Shown here one piece after another: positions 10,801 to 21,898 of a stretch of DNA of 42,568 nucleotides. The position numbers were made by a program, and so were the translations under genes. Origin of the DNA: Octopus sinensis (lineage: Eukaryota); the NCBI RefSeq assembly GCF_006345805.1, contig NW_021835109.1, positions 1 through 42,568 on the forward strand. The letters run 5' to 3'. Every line of letters starts with the position of its first letter. The first letter of the stretch is position 1. The notes under the pieces were generated by a model, which saw only the letters and a list, made by a program, of their open reading frames with translations, was not told where the DNA came from and ran no database searches.

Positions 10801-13016
10801 AGACAGTCAATTTACAGTGAAGTAAACCAATGGTATAGCCGAAAGCTGCGCACAAACACACCTCAACCCAGACGGCTGAGATATTCTTTTGGTCCGAGGA
10901 CGGTGTCCCTGCAACATTGAAGTTGGTATCGCCTCAGTCAAACACTTCATCATTGGATCAAACACTTCATCATTGAGATGACCACATCAATAACGAAGTG
11001 TTTCCCTGACATCAAAGAAATTGAAAGCCTGTAACTGCGACTGTTTTTTGGCAGACGCAGAAAACCAGGGGAAACCTCATATTTGAAAATATATAAAGTG
11101 ATTAGTCAGATTCCCAAGACACGGACTGTCATCATCGATTGGTTAAACGTTGATTTTCTTGATGCAAAATCTCCTTCTAACGTTCTCATCCAGGGAGCGG
11201 ATGAGAAGACAAGAAATAAGTTAGACCACCTTCACGATCTCTTCCAAAACCTGAGCGAATTATGGGATTAGAATGCCGCGAGCATCAGCTCACCCGCTCC
11301 ATGTTCAAGAATAGCGGAGTCTTATTTCCCCATTGAACAATTTTTCTACAAAACGCAAAGTAATTTCGTATCTCGGAGAAGTCTAGTGAAGCAACAACAA
11401 ACTAATGTATTTGAACTTTATTTAACCAGTGCTGACGTCTAACTTTATCGACGATTGTAAGCACATAACTTTTATTCTATTCATTCCCTTCCACTACGTA
11501 CGAGGGATTATTATTATTATTATTATTATAAAATAGAAGCGCGAATCCAATATATACATGTGAAGGAATATATCGTGAATTTTGTAGTTCAAACTAAAAT
11601 ATTAGCTACAATAAGACCCAAACGCCCTTCGAGGAAAAAACATCCTGACATTCCAAGGATTTCTTTCAGACTAATTATTTTCCATCAATAAGGAATCGCT
11701 CGCTTCATAAAATTATTATTTAATAAATCTTTGGTTATATCATGTTGATGCTTTCTAAAATGAATGAAATAGTTCAACACGATTACTACAGACTAGAAAT
11801 TTTAAGTAATAAGTAAACAAATAACTAAAATAAATACGTGTATCCAATGTATCGATTTCCTTATAATTCTTTAATTTCGAATTCAAATTTCTAATCCCAC
11901 CGAATATTATGAGCAAATGTTTATCTCCCTTGTAATATCACTCCTCTTGGGGACAACAGGTGTGTATATTTTAATTATCGATCTTTCAAAGATAAAAGAG
12001 GATGTCTTTCTCCTTACGAGGTCGGTGAAATAAAGTAACAATGAAGTACCGGGGACCACGTGGTCGACTATATCCCTCTTCATCCCTCAAAACTTGAGCT
12101 TTTGTGCTTGTGTCAAAAATTTATAGTCTTATTTCTCTCAAACATATATTTCTCACTGTCCAAATCCATTAGATGAGAGAAACGGATCCAGTCGTCAGAA
12201 GCTTAGATGTTAAAACGTCCACTTTGCCAAACGAAATCTTGAGCAAATATTTTCTGCTATACTATCGGGTTGCCTTATAAATCTTAGCATTAAATCGACT
12301 CAAATGATGACTTTTGTTAGATAAAAATAATCATCTACTTTCAGCCCTGTTTAATTTGGGTATATTTTACTTTCAGAGGCAGATAGCATGTCTCAGCCTA
12401 GAAACGGGAAAACGCCGTCTGTGTGTATAAAGTCAAAGGTGCCGAAACGACGCACTCTGAATGATTTAAAAGGTAACGTAATCCAAAGGTGGAGTAAGAA
12501 ATCCATGAATCAAGTACTCCAAATCAGTCCGAAGGACATGGACGGTTCGTGTGTGTGTGTGTGTGTGCGCGTGTGTATGTGCATATGTGTGTGTGTGTAT
12601 GTGTATATATATATATGTATGTATATATATATATATATATATATATTGTTATATTTCGGAATGGTCATTTTGCCAGTTTAGCCAATAAAAACACACGCAC
12701 TATATATTTGGTGTTACTTTGCTTCAGTGTTATTTTATTTATTTTTTACATTAATCTTAATCTTATTTCGGCCAGAGTTCTTTCGTCACACTCCTGTGAT
12801 CGCATCAGTGGTCCTTTGTTTTCTTCTCACTTATTTGTGTCTCTCCTTACTAACCGTCAGCCATTTTGTATCTTGCACAACAAATATTTAAACGTATATA
12901 TATATATATATATATATATACACGCACACACACGAGTGTTTGAATGTGTGTGTAAATATATATATGTGTGTGTGTATATATACATATATACATATATATA
13001 TGTAAGTATATATATG

Positions 13017-13096
<80 letters not shown>

Positions 13097-13792
13097 CAAT
13101 AATAAAGGGTGAAACCAATTAATTAATTTAGAAATAATCATTAATTTCACCAAGTAGAGTTCGGCCCCATTCAAGGAAGGTTTAAGTAATACTAAGTAAT
13201 TAAGGGTTTACATACATATAGTGTCTCTTGAACGCAAAGAAGTATCACATACGGGTTTCAAACGACATGGCCACCCACACTGACTTATTAAAAACTCTTG
13301 GTTACCTTCTTTATGTATATTTTTTACTTGCATGCGTTCATATTTAATATTTTCTGTTTTGATGCCGCCACAAATTCTTTCCATTTTTCACGATAACATT
13401 TTATTTATTATCTATTTATTTATTTATTGTATTCCGTCTCTTTCAGTCGTCTTTAAGAATTTATTCACCAACAAATGTCTCCATATACGTTCTGTTCAGT
13501 CACACTCTCTTCTATTTTTTGTCCAGCATGCTTTCCCATACACCTCCCTTCTCTGGCTGGTTTGTCCTATATTATATTATATTTATGGCTTGTCGTATTT
13601 TCTTATTAAATGGAATCTTCTGACATCGACAGGGTTGCGACCTTATAACAGCACGCGAATTCGATTACACGGAAATTTTCACGAATAACACATTTGAACA
13701 AATCAGGTTTTTATGAGGCACGGAACGAGAGGCTGCATTTGTGAGCATCGCAATTCGAAGCAGGCATTTCCGATGAAATAGCTTTGTGAAAA

Positions 13793-13799
<7 letters not shown>

Positions 13800-13827
<28 letters not shown>

Positions 13828-14210
13828 AAACACGCACACACGCACACACACATATACACACATACACACATACACACATACACATATATATATATACACA
13901 CATACACACGCACATATACACACACACATACACATACACACACACACACATACATACACACATATATATACACACACATACACACGCGCATACACACGCA
14001 CACATACACACATACACACATATATATATACATACATACACACGAACATACACACACATACACACACATACACCACATACACACATACACACACACACTT
14101 ACACACATATATATACACACACATACACACATATATATACACACACATACACACATATATATAAACACACACACACACGCGTGCATATATACATACACAC
14201 ACATACACCC
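13800..14210. repeat. (CA)n/(TACA)n compound microsatellite
   Basis: Directly visible. Confidence 0.95.
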
Positions 14211-14473
14211 TCCCCCCACGCAACGAACTGGTGTTCCCCAAATTACTGCCTTATTATGCTAATGCTTCCATCTTTACATTCAAGTCTTGAATTTCGTTCC
14301 TTTTTCAATTTCCCTGACCCCAAAACACGTTGGTCCCCGTTGAAGACCGTATTGACACATTAGCTTTAGAAGAGAACCGCCGCACATTTATCGGAAGCAT
14401 TCAGCACCGACCTTCTCTGTGATAATACCGCACCGACAAAAGATCAATCTCTGACCAAGCACATTACAATTGA

Positions 14474-14519
14474 AACACAACGTTTCGGCTGATATACCCT
14501 CCAGCCTTCTTCAGGTGTC
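14474..14519 (-). ncRNA. Minimal type I hammerhead ribozyme
   Basis: GACAC-CUGAAGA-A-GGCUG[10 nt]CAGCC-GAAA-C-GU-U-GUGUU. Canonical core, stem I pairs, palindromic stem III. Confidence 0.8.
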
Positions 14520-14705
14520 TTCGGGAAATTTCGAACTTGGGTTCTCATTGCTAAGGTATTTTTTCGATGTTATTATTATTATTATTATTGTTATTGTTCA
14601 AGCCATTGCTTGGAATCGAACTAGGAATCTTGAGGTATATCAGCCGAAACGTTGTGTTAACAACAAACAAGATGAGGACAAATATCCGTCGAATGTAAAT
14701 AATGC

Positions 14706-14710
<5 letters not shown>
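14474..14710 (-). mobile_element. tRNA-B-box SINE-like unit ending in a hammerhead, with inverted partial tail copy
   Basis: Minus strand: GTTCGATTCC (14612-14621), (AAT)n spacer, hammerhead (14474-14519). The plus strand at 14632-14658 repeats the hammerhead 3' half. Confidence 0.7.
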
Positions 14711-14744
<34 letters not shown>

Positions 14745-14748
<4 letters not shown>

Positions 14749-14930
14749 CGTGATCACCGTGACCGACCAGGCTATCACATCGCTGGTCACAATGCGCTTC
14801 GCATTGTTTTAGCCTTCAAATGACGCCACCCCGCTGGCTAAGCGAGCAGGCCAACAGAAGAAAGAGAGAAAGTTGTGGCGAAAGAGTACCACCACCCCCT
14901 GCCGGAGCGTCGTGGGGGTATAGGTATTCG
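14745..14930 (-). mobile_element. Truncated interspersed repeat (SINE family C)
   Basis: The tcaccgtgatcaccgtgaccgaccaggctatca end also occurs inverted at 2845-2885. Family assignment is from recall. Confidence 0.55.
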
Positions 14931-14977
<47 letters not shown>

Positions 14978-15071
14978 GAAATGAGGTAATCAGAAGATCG
15001 GATGGTTTGTATTTACAGATATTTATTTATATATTACATTTTTTACATATATATCATATCACTTAGTTCAT

Positions 15072-15102
15072 AACTAGTTTCGGGATTGTTGTCCCTCGTC
15101 AA
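15072..15102 (-). ncRNA. Degenerate hammerhead-like motif
   Basis: UUGACGA-GGGA[CAACAA]UCCC-GAAA-CUAGUU with palindromic AACUAGUU. C3 is replaced by U and stem I does not pair. Confidence 0.45.
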
Positions 15103-15121
15103 CGGGCGGTAACCACCAGGT

Positions 15122-15153
<32 letters not shown>

Positions 15154-15204
15154 ATATCTATATATATATTATATATATATATATATATCTATATATATAT
15201 ATAC

Positions 15205-15618
15205 AGGTGCAGGAGTGGCTGTGTGGTAAGTAGCTTGCTAACCAATCACATTTCACATTGTTCCGGGTTCAGTCCCACTGCGTGGCATCTTGGGCAAGTG
15301 TCTTCTGCTATAGCCCCGGGCCGACCAATGCCTTGTGAGTGGATTTGGTAGACGGAAACTGAAAGAAGCCTGTCGTATATATGTATATATATATATATGT
15401 GTGTATGTGTTTGTGTGTCTGTGTTTGTCCCCCTAGCATTGCTTGACAACCGATGCTGATTGTTTACGTCCCCGTCACTTTGCGGTTCGGCAAAAGAGAC
15501 CGATAGAATAAGTACTGGGCTTACAAAGAATAAGTCCTGGGGTCGATTTGCTCGACTAAAAAAGGCGGTGCTCCAGCATGGCCGCAGTCAAATGACTGCA
15601 ACAAGTAAAAGAGTAAAA

Positions 15619-15620
<2 letters not shown>
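15205..15620 (+). mobile_element. Full-length tRNA-derived SINE, family A
   Basis: A-box TGGCTGTGTGG, B-box GGTTCAGTCCC, internal (TA/TG)n, A-rich tail followed by (TA)n. Confidence 0.9.
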
Positions 15621-15703
<83 letters not shown>

Positions 15704-15719
15704 TATATATGTATGTATA

Positions 15720-15930
15720 TTTGTGTGTCTTTGTGTTTACGTTTGCACCTCGCCACAGCTCGGCAACCGGTGTTGGTGTGTTTACGCCCCCATAACCTAG
15801 CAGTTCGACAGCAGAGAGCGATAGAATATGATTTAAAATAAATAAGTACCGGAGTCGATTCATTCTTCTGACATAAAATTCCTCAAGGCAGTGCTCCAGC
15901 ATGGCCACAGTCTAATGATGGAAAATAAAA
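15720..15930 (+). mobile_element. SINE family A 3' half
   Basis: Colinear with 15410-15620. Confidence 0.8.
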
Positions 15931-16298
15931 GATAGATATTTGGTAAGTATATTTTTGATGTAAAGCATGTTTCATTTTTCGAGAAATTGGGTTATAATAT
16001 TTGTCTACGACTATTTCTTGGAAAACATCAAATTGGATTATCGATGGGAACTTTGTGGAACGAACAGGTTACCATCATGTGAAAGTGTACGAATTCGATT
16101 CCACGAGAAACGGAATTCTGCGACGAATAGAAATATTTCTTCAAATAATTGCATTCAGATTTAGAGAACATATGCAAGAATAATAATTCTACGCACATAG
16201 ACAAATACATATTTGTGTGTACATGCCTGCATACATAGATACAAACACACATACACATACATGCACACATACATATATGTATATACGTATATATATAT

Positions 16299-16361
<63 letters not shown>

Positions 16362-16482
16362 TTTATATATATATACACACATATATATATATGGATACAT
16401 ATATATGCATATCTATATACGTATACAAATACATATATATGCTTATTTACATATATATCTGTATGTATATATAAGTATATAT

Positions 16483-16513
<31 letters not shown>

Positions 16514-16787
16514 CACATATATATATACATGCATTCATACATAAATACATACATACATACACACACACACACATATATATGTATATGTAGCTGAGGTGTG
16601 TTCTGTTAAGAACGTATAGGAGTACAAATAGAGCTCGTTCACCCTTAGAATTCCCAAACAGCCGGTAGTATTCTTATGGTATGCTACCAGTTCTAGTCTC
16701 AGGTATTCCTCGTGAGTGAAAATAAAAAGTAAAAAGTAAAAAATAAAAGAGTCAAACGGAAGAGTAAGTTCGGTTAGGCAGCTTTTT

Positions 16788-16913
16788 AATCGCTACAAAT
16801 GTTTCGATACATACAGATCCTCGTATATACAGGATTTAAAGTTGAGTTTAAATTAAATTATTTAACGATTTACCTGTATAAGGAGATCTATATATGTATC
16901 TCCTCAGGCAATT
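16788..16913 (-). ncRNA. Type I hammerhead ribozyme with greatly extended stem II
   Basis: AAUUGC-CUGAGGA-GAUAC[85 nt, largely self-paired]GUAUC-GAAA-C-AUUU-GU-A-GCGAUU. All core nucleotides are canonical and stem I has 6 bp. Confidence 0.75.
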
Positions 16914-17329
16914 TAGGGTACTTGTATATTCAGTCTCCCGGTCACACTTAGGTAGACCCAGATAAAATCACCTTTCGCTAAACAATTAAAGACTAATTTT
17001 ATCAAATCTATAAGAATAATTATGAATAAAAACTTTAAAAACATTAGATATAGAAATTGATACTAAAGCACACAACAAAAAAGTAGAACATAATAGTATA
17101 AATAGCAATATAAATACCCTTACTCACAATAACTTCTAAAAATTAACAAAGAATAATAATAATATTTCATTATCTACACAAAATATAAACCGTAATTGCA
17201 GAGACCCAAATACATGCAAGTTAGACAGAGATTACAGTAGAAAAAAATATAGTATATCAGACAACAATAATAACACAGGATCGACGCACAATTGGATTAA
17301 ATTAAGAATCGCGAACCATGTATCTCAGT

Positions 17330-17435
17330 AAAACAAAGTTAACTTCACAATCAAATGGAACATTTTAGCACATGCACCTTGTTACAAAATTAACAATAAA
17401 TTCTGTAGATTATGCCAAGAGGAAAACTATAAAAT
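17330..17435 (+). pseudogene. Penelope GIY-YIG C-terminal fragment (CxLC type)
   Basis: FTIKWNILAHAPCYKINNKFCRLCQEENYKI. Lies downstream of an inverted terminal region carrying the 16788-16913 hammerhead. Confidence 0.7.
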
Positions 17436-17465
17436 AATGAATACATACATACATACATACATACA

Positions 17466-17498
<33 letters not shown>

Positions 17499-17502
17499 GC
17501 AT

Positions 17503-17960
17503 ATTAGCTGCCCGGCGGATGCTAACAAAGCTGAAGATCATTGAAAAAGAGAACACCTATGCTGAATTATTGAGAAATCTGCAGTTATTCTATCCAGATT
17601 ACAAGTTCGGGTTTATAACTGTAATTATTGGGGCTCTGGGATATATAACACACTGCCTAAATACCAATCTTGAGAAATTAGGCTTCTCAAAACCAGAAAG
17701 GAGAAAGCTGATTCGAAGAGTCCAGGTCCAATCCATCACTGGAACTGTAGAAATTTACCAGGAGTTCATCATTTAAATATTTATGAACACGTCTAGATAT
17801 GCAACTAGATGCATGAGAATACATACGTTGCACATATACATATATACAACAATACCCTGTTGATGCTGAAATTCCAATGAAGGAGCCTTGGATTTAGGTT
17901 AGAAACCGGCTCCTTCTCTATAGACAAGAAATCTTGAAATAAAACTGAATAATGACATAA
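17503..17960 (+). mobile_element. 5'-truncated RLE-type (R4/Dong/NeSL-like) LINE 3' end
   Basis: ISCPAD..K...EKENTY..L...IIGALG restriction-like endonuclease tail, 3' UTR hairpin at 17879-17916, (CATA)n on both sides. Confidence 0.8.
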
Positions 17961-18016
17961 TACATACACGCATGCATACATACATACATACATACATACA
18001 TACATACATACATACA

Positions 18017-18052
<36 letters not shown>

Positions 18053-18840
18053 TATATATACATTCATACATATATGCATACAAAGATACAGAGCGCCATC
18101 CTTCCTCTGAGGAAGAATTTAATTAAAGATAGAAGAGAGAGTGTATTTATATATACATATACGTATGTATGTATCTATGTACATAATTATGCATATATAT
18201 TTACATATATATGCATCTGTATGTGTGCATGTGAAAATATGCGTATGCATAAATGTATGTATGCGTATATGTACGTATATATATGTTTGATTGTGAATCT
18301 GTGCATGTATGCAAATATGTATGAATGTATTGAGGAGGAATTTCGAAGCCATAACAACGTTGTTCTAAGATAAAACACCATTTATATTAATATGGCATTT
18401 ATGTTGTAGATATTGCCATCGTGACAGTCGAGAGATAATCGTTCGTTTCGTTCTTGCTTAAAATCACAATTCACTTCCGCATGGATCCACGAACGCCACC
18501 CTCCTCCACCCAGCAGTCCTCACATTCACCACGATGAGGTGTAACTATTGTTATATTTTGATGTGTGACAACAGCTCGAAGCGTCATTATCAGATGTGAA
18601 ATTTTGAAAATGTAACAATATAATATTTCAGTTATTACTAATCTTTAAATAATACAGTGGAATTGGAATAAACACGACTGTCGATGGAAGCTGAAAGAAG
18701 TTCGAATTTAATGCTCGGTACTAAAAGGATTCATGTTGGTCGACCTGTGCTGGTGCATCGTCCCCATAAAAGAAAAATCTCTGTCATAGTTTATGGCTTT
18801 GTCATAAAAGTCGTGTGTCATCAACGTTTCTTCACACACA

Positions 18841-18913
<73 letters not shown>

Positions 18914-19144
18914 ACACACGCACATATGAAGAAAGATTTTCTTAAAAGATATTAATTATTTAAAAAAACATCTTAGAAAATAGAAAGACATGAATCTTTT
19001 GGAATTAAGTTTTCGTTCCCAAAAGGTTCGTGTCATTTCGCTTTTTAAACATTTTTTTTTTGAAGTAGTTAATATCTTTTAAGAAAATCTTTCTCCAAAT
19101 ATTGTGGCTGCATCAAGTATTTTTTTGCAACAAAATCTTTATAT

Positions 19145-19231
<87 letters not shown>

Positions 19232-19335
19232 CATATATACATACATATATACATATACATACACACACACACTCACACATACACACACACGCACATATAT
19301 ATATACATATTACAGCAGTATCAACGCCAAGTAGT

Positions 19336-19415
19336 GGTTAGGCATAAGCGAACTAAATATATATATAAAATGAACTATATATGTGTATATATATATGTGC
19401 GCGTGTATATATATA

Positions 19416-19496
<81 letters not shown>

Positions 19497-19682
19497 ATAT
19501 ATATATGTATATATATGTATGTATGTATGTATCTATGTATGTATGTATGTATGTATGCATATATGTATAAATATGTAATATATGTATATATATGTATATA
19601 TATATGCATATATATGTATATATATATGTATATATATGTATAGATATGTATATATATATGTATGTATATATATATGTATATA

Positions 19683-19757
<75 letters not shown>

Positions 19758-20500
19758 ACGAACTATATATGCATAAATATACTCACATATACATATATAT
19801 ACATACAAATATATACACATATAAGCGAACTTTAGGTTTGACTTAGTGAAAATATGTTTGTAACATATTTTAACTTTTGAAGGCAAATTCACTGCAGTTG
19901 CTATGGAGAAAAATATTCTTTTTTATTTTTGGTGAAAGGTGTAGAAACACCATATCTGCCCAGTGTTGCCCTCTGTCGGATACCTAGACGCAGCGTTTCT
20001 GTCTCTTTAACCATTCTGAATGGGAAATATCGTAGAATGCAACATTGTTCAGATAAGGTGTTTTTACACCTTTTACCATAAGAGAGAGATCTTTTTCCAC
20101 GGTAAATATAGTGAATTTGCCTTTAGAAGCTGAAATACGCCACAAATATAGTTTAACTAACCGGAGGTTTGCTTATGTCTAAACGTTGCTTGGCGAAGAA
20201 GATTCTGTTGAATTCCTTCCGACCGAGCGGTCCAGCCGTGCCATTCAGTCAATGTTGTTGATTGTTTTTTTTTTAGTTAAAATTACGGCTTTAAACCTGC
20301 CAAGAGTCACACCAGCCAAGGCTATAGTGTCAAAAACGCTGCGTCTGGGAATCCGACAGAGGGCAACACTGGGCAGATGTTGTTATTATACCTTTTGCCA
20401 TAAGAGAGAATTTTTTACTCCCCGGTCACAGTAACTGCAGTGAATTTGACTTTAGAAGTTAAAATATGCCACAAACTTATTTTAATTAACCTAAAGTTAG

Positions 20501-20510
<10 letters not shown>
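19336..20510. mobile_element. Fold-back MITE cluster split by microsatellite expansion
   Basis: About 19816-19950 is inverted at about 20055-20175, and about 19820-20000 is inverted at about 20330-20505. The ggttaggcataagcgaac end at 19336 matches gtttgcttatgtctaaac near 20168-20185. Confidence 0.65.
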
Positions 20511-20564
<54 letters not shown>

Positions 20565-20625
20565 CCAAATACACACACATATATATACATATATATGCAT
20601 AAATGTACTCACATATACATATATA

Positions 20626-21892
20626 CGAGGGGCGTTCAATAAGTAATGCCCCTGACCCACTTCCCATAGCAGTAGAGCAACGACACTTGGCACAGTTATT
20701 AGTCTTTTCCTACATAGGAACTACCCAGAGTTATGCATTTCTCCATCGTTTGATGCAGCTCTGGAGACCGTTTTTGTAGAAGACCCCATCTTGGACCTCC
20801 AACCACGACGTGACTTCAGAAATCAAGGCTGCATCATCTGGGAAATGCTTTCCTTTCAAAATCAACTTCATGGCTGGGAAGAGGTGAAAATCAGAGGGTG
20901 CAAGGGGAGGAGTTCATAGCTGCACGCCTGTGCTTCTGATCTGGCGACACGCGAGTTGTGGACCGGAGCGTTGTCCTGCAGGAGGAGGATGCCTTTGCTG
21001 ATCTTGCCCCGCCTCTTGATTTTGATAGCTTCTCTTAATTTCCTCAAAAGTGAAGCATAATAAGCTCCTGTAATTGTGGTACCCTCTGCCAGGAAATCTG
21101 TCATCACTACTCCGTCCTGATCCCAGAAGACTGTGAGCATGACCTTGCCAGCGGAGGGCTGCACCCTTGCCTTCTTTGGAGGAGGGGAGTCACGGTGCTT
21201 CCACTGCATTGACTGGGCTTTGGTCTATGGATCATAGTGATGGACCCAGGTTTTATCCTGTGTGATCAGTCTTTTGAAAAATTTTGACTCATCTTCTTGG
21301 CACATCTCCAAATTCATCCTCGAGCACTCAACGCGTTCTTGCTTCTGGAAAGGTGTGAGCAACCTGGAAATCCATCTGGCAGACACCTTTTGCATATGCA
21401 AATGGTCATGAATGATAGTTTCCACAGACCCGGTACTAATCTTGACCTCATGGGCTATTTCGCGAATAGTTATGCGTTGACCTTCCAAAATGGCAGCCTC
21501 AACTTGACGGACAGACGTCTCATCAACGGCAGAAGGGGGCGACCAGATCTGGGAGCTGTTTCTACAGAGTTCCGACTATGTTTGAATTCACAATGCCAGC
21601 GTTTTACAAGGTCATATGATGGGGCATCATCACCATAAGTTACTTTCATTTCATCAAAAGTCTCCCGTGGTGTGCGTCCTTTCAAATACAAAAACCTGAT
21701 CACTGCTCGACACTCAACAGGCTCCATTTCACACTTGACTCAGTTCAAACACCTGTAAATCAGAAACCACAATTAGTTCAGAGCTGTAATCTGCCACTTA
21801 ATCTGTAGAGGTATAAATAAGTGCACATGCAAAATTTCAAAGATCAAACAAATGCAAGTGGGTCAGGGGCATTACTTATTGAACGCCCCTCG
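20626..21892 (-). mobile_element. Full-length mariner (irritans/Himar1-like), 1267 bp
   Basis: Perfect 37-bp TIRs CGAGGGGCGTTCAATAAGTAATGCCCCTGACCCACTT, with TA on both flanks. Confidence 0.97.
20699..21727 (-). pseudogene. mariner transposase, inactivated
   Basis: MEPVECRAVIRFLYLKG, SGRP, WISRLLT, ITQDKTW, VMLTVFWD, QDNAPVH, PSDFHLF. There is a frameshift near 21540, an in-frame TAG at 21225-21227, and the HPPYSPD motif is deleted. Confidence 0.93.
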
Positions 21893-21898
21893 TATATA

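Noticed and set aside
11083-11271. 62-aa ORF in the 10830-11330 block
   Set aside because: No motif; more likely a degraded TE, and I could not classify it.
15967-16183. Overlapping short ORFs and a possible 45-nt minus-strand exon
   Set aside because: Splice signals are weak and no frame is favoured.
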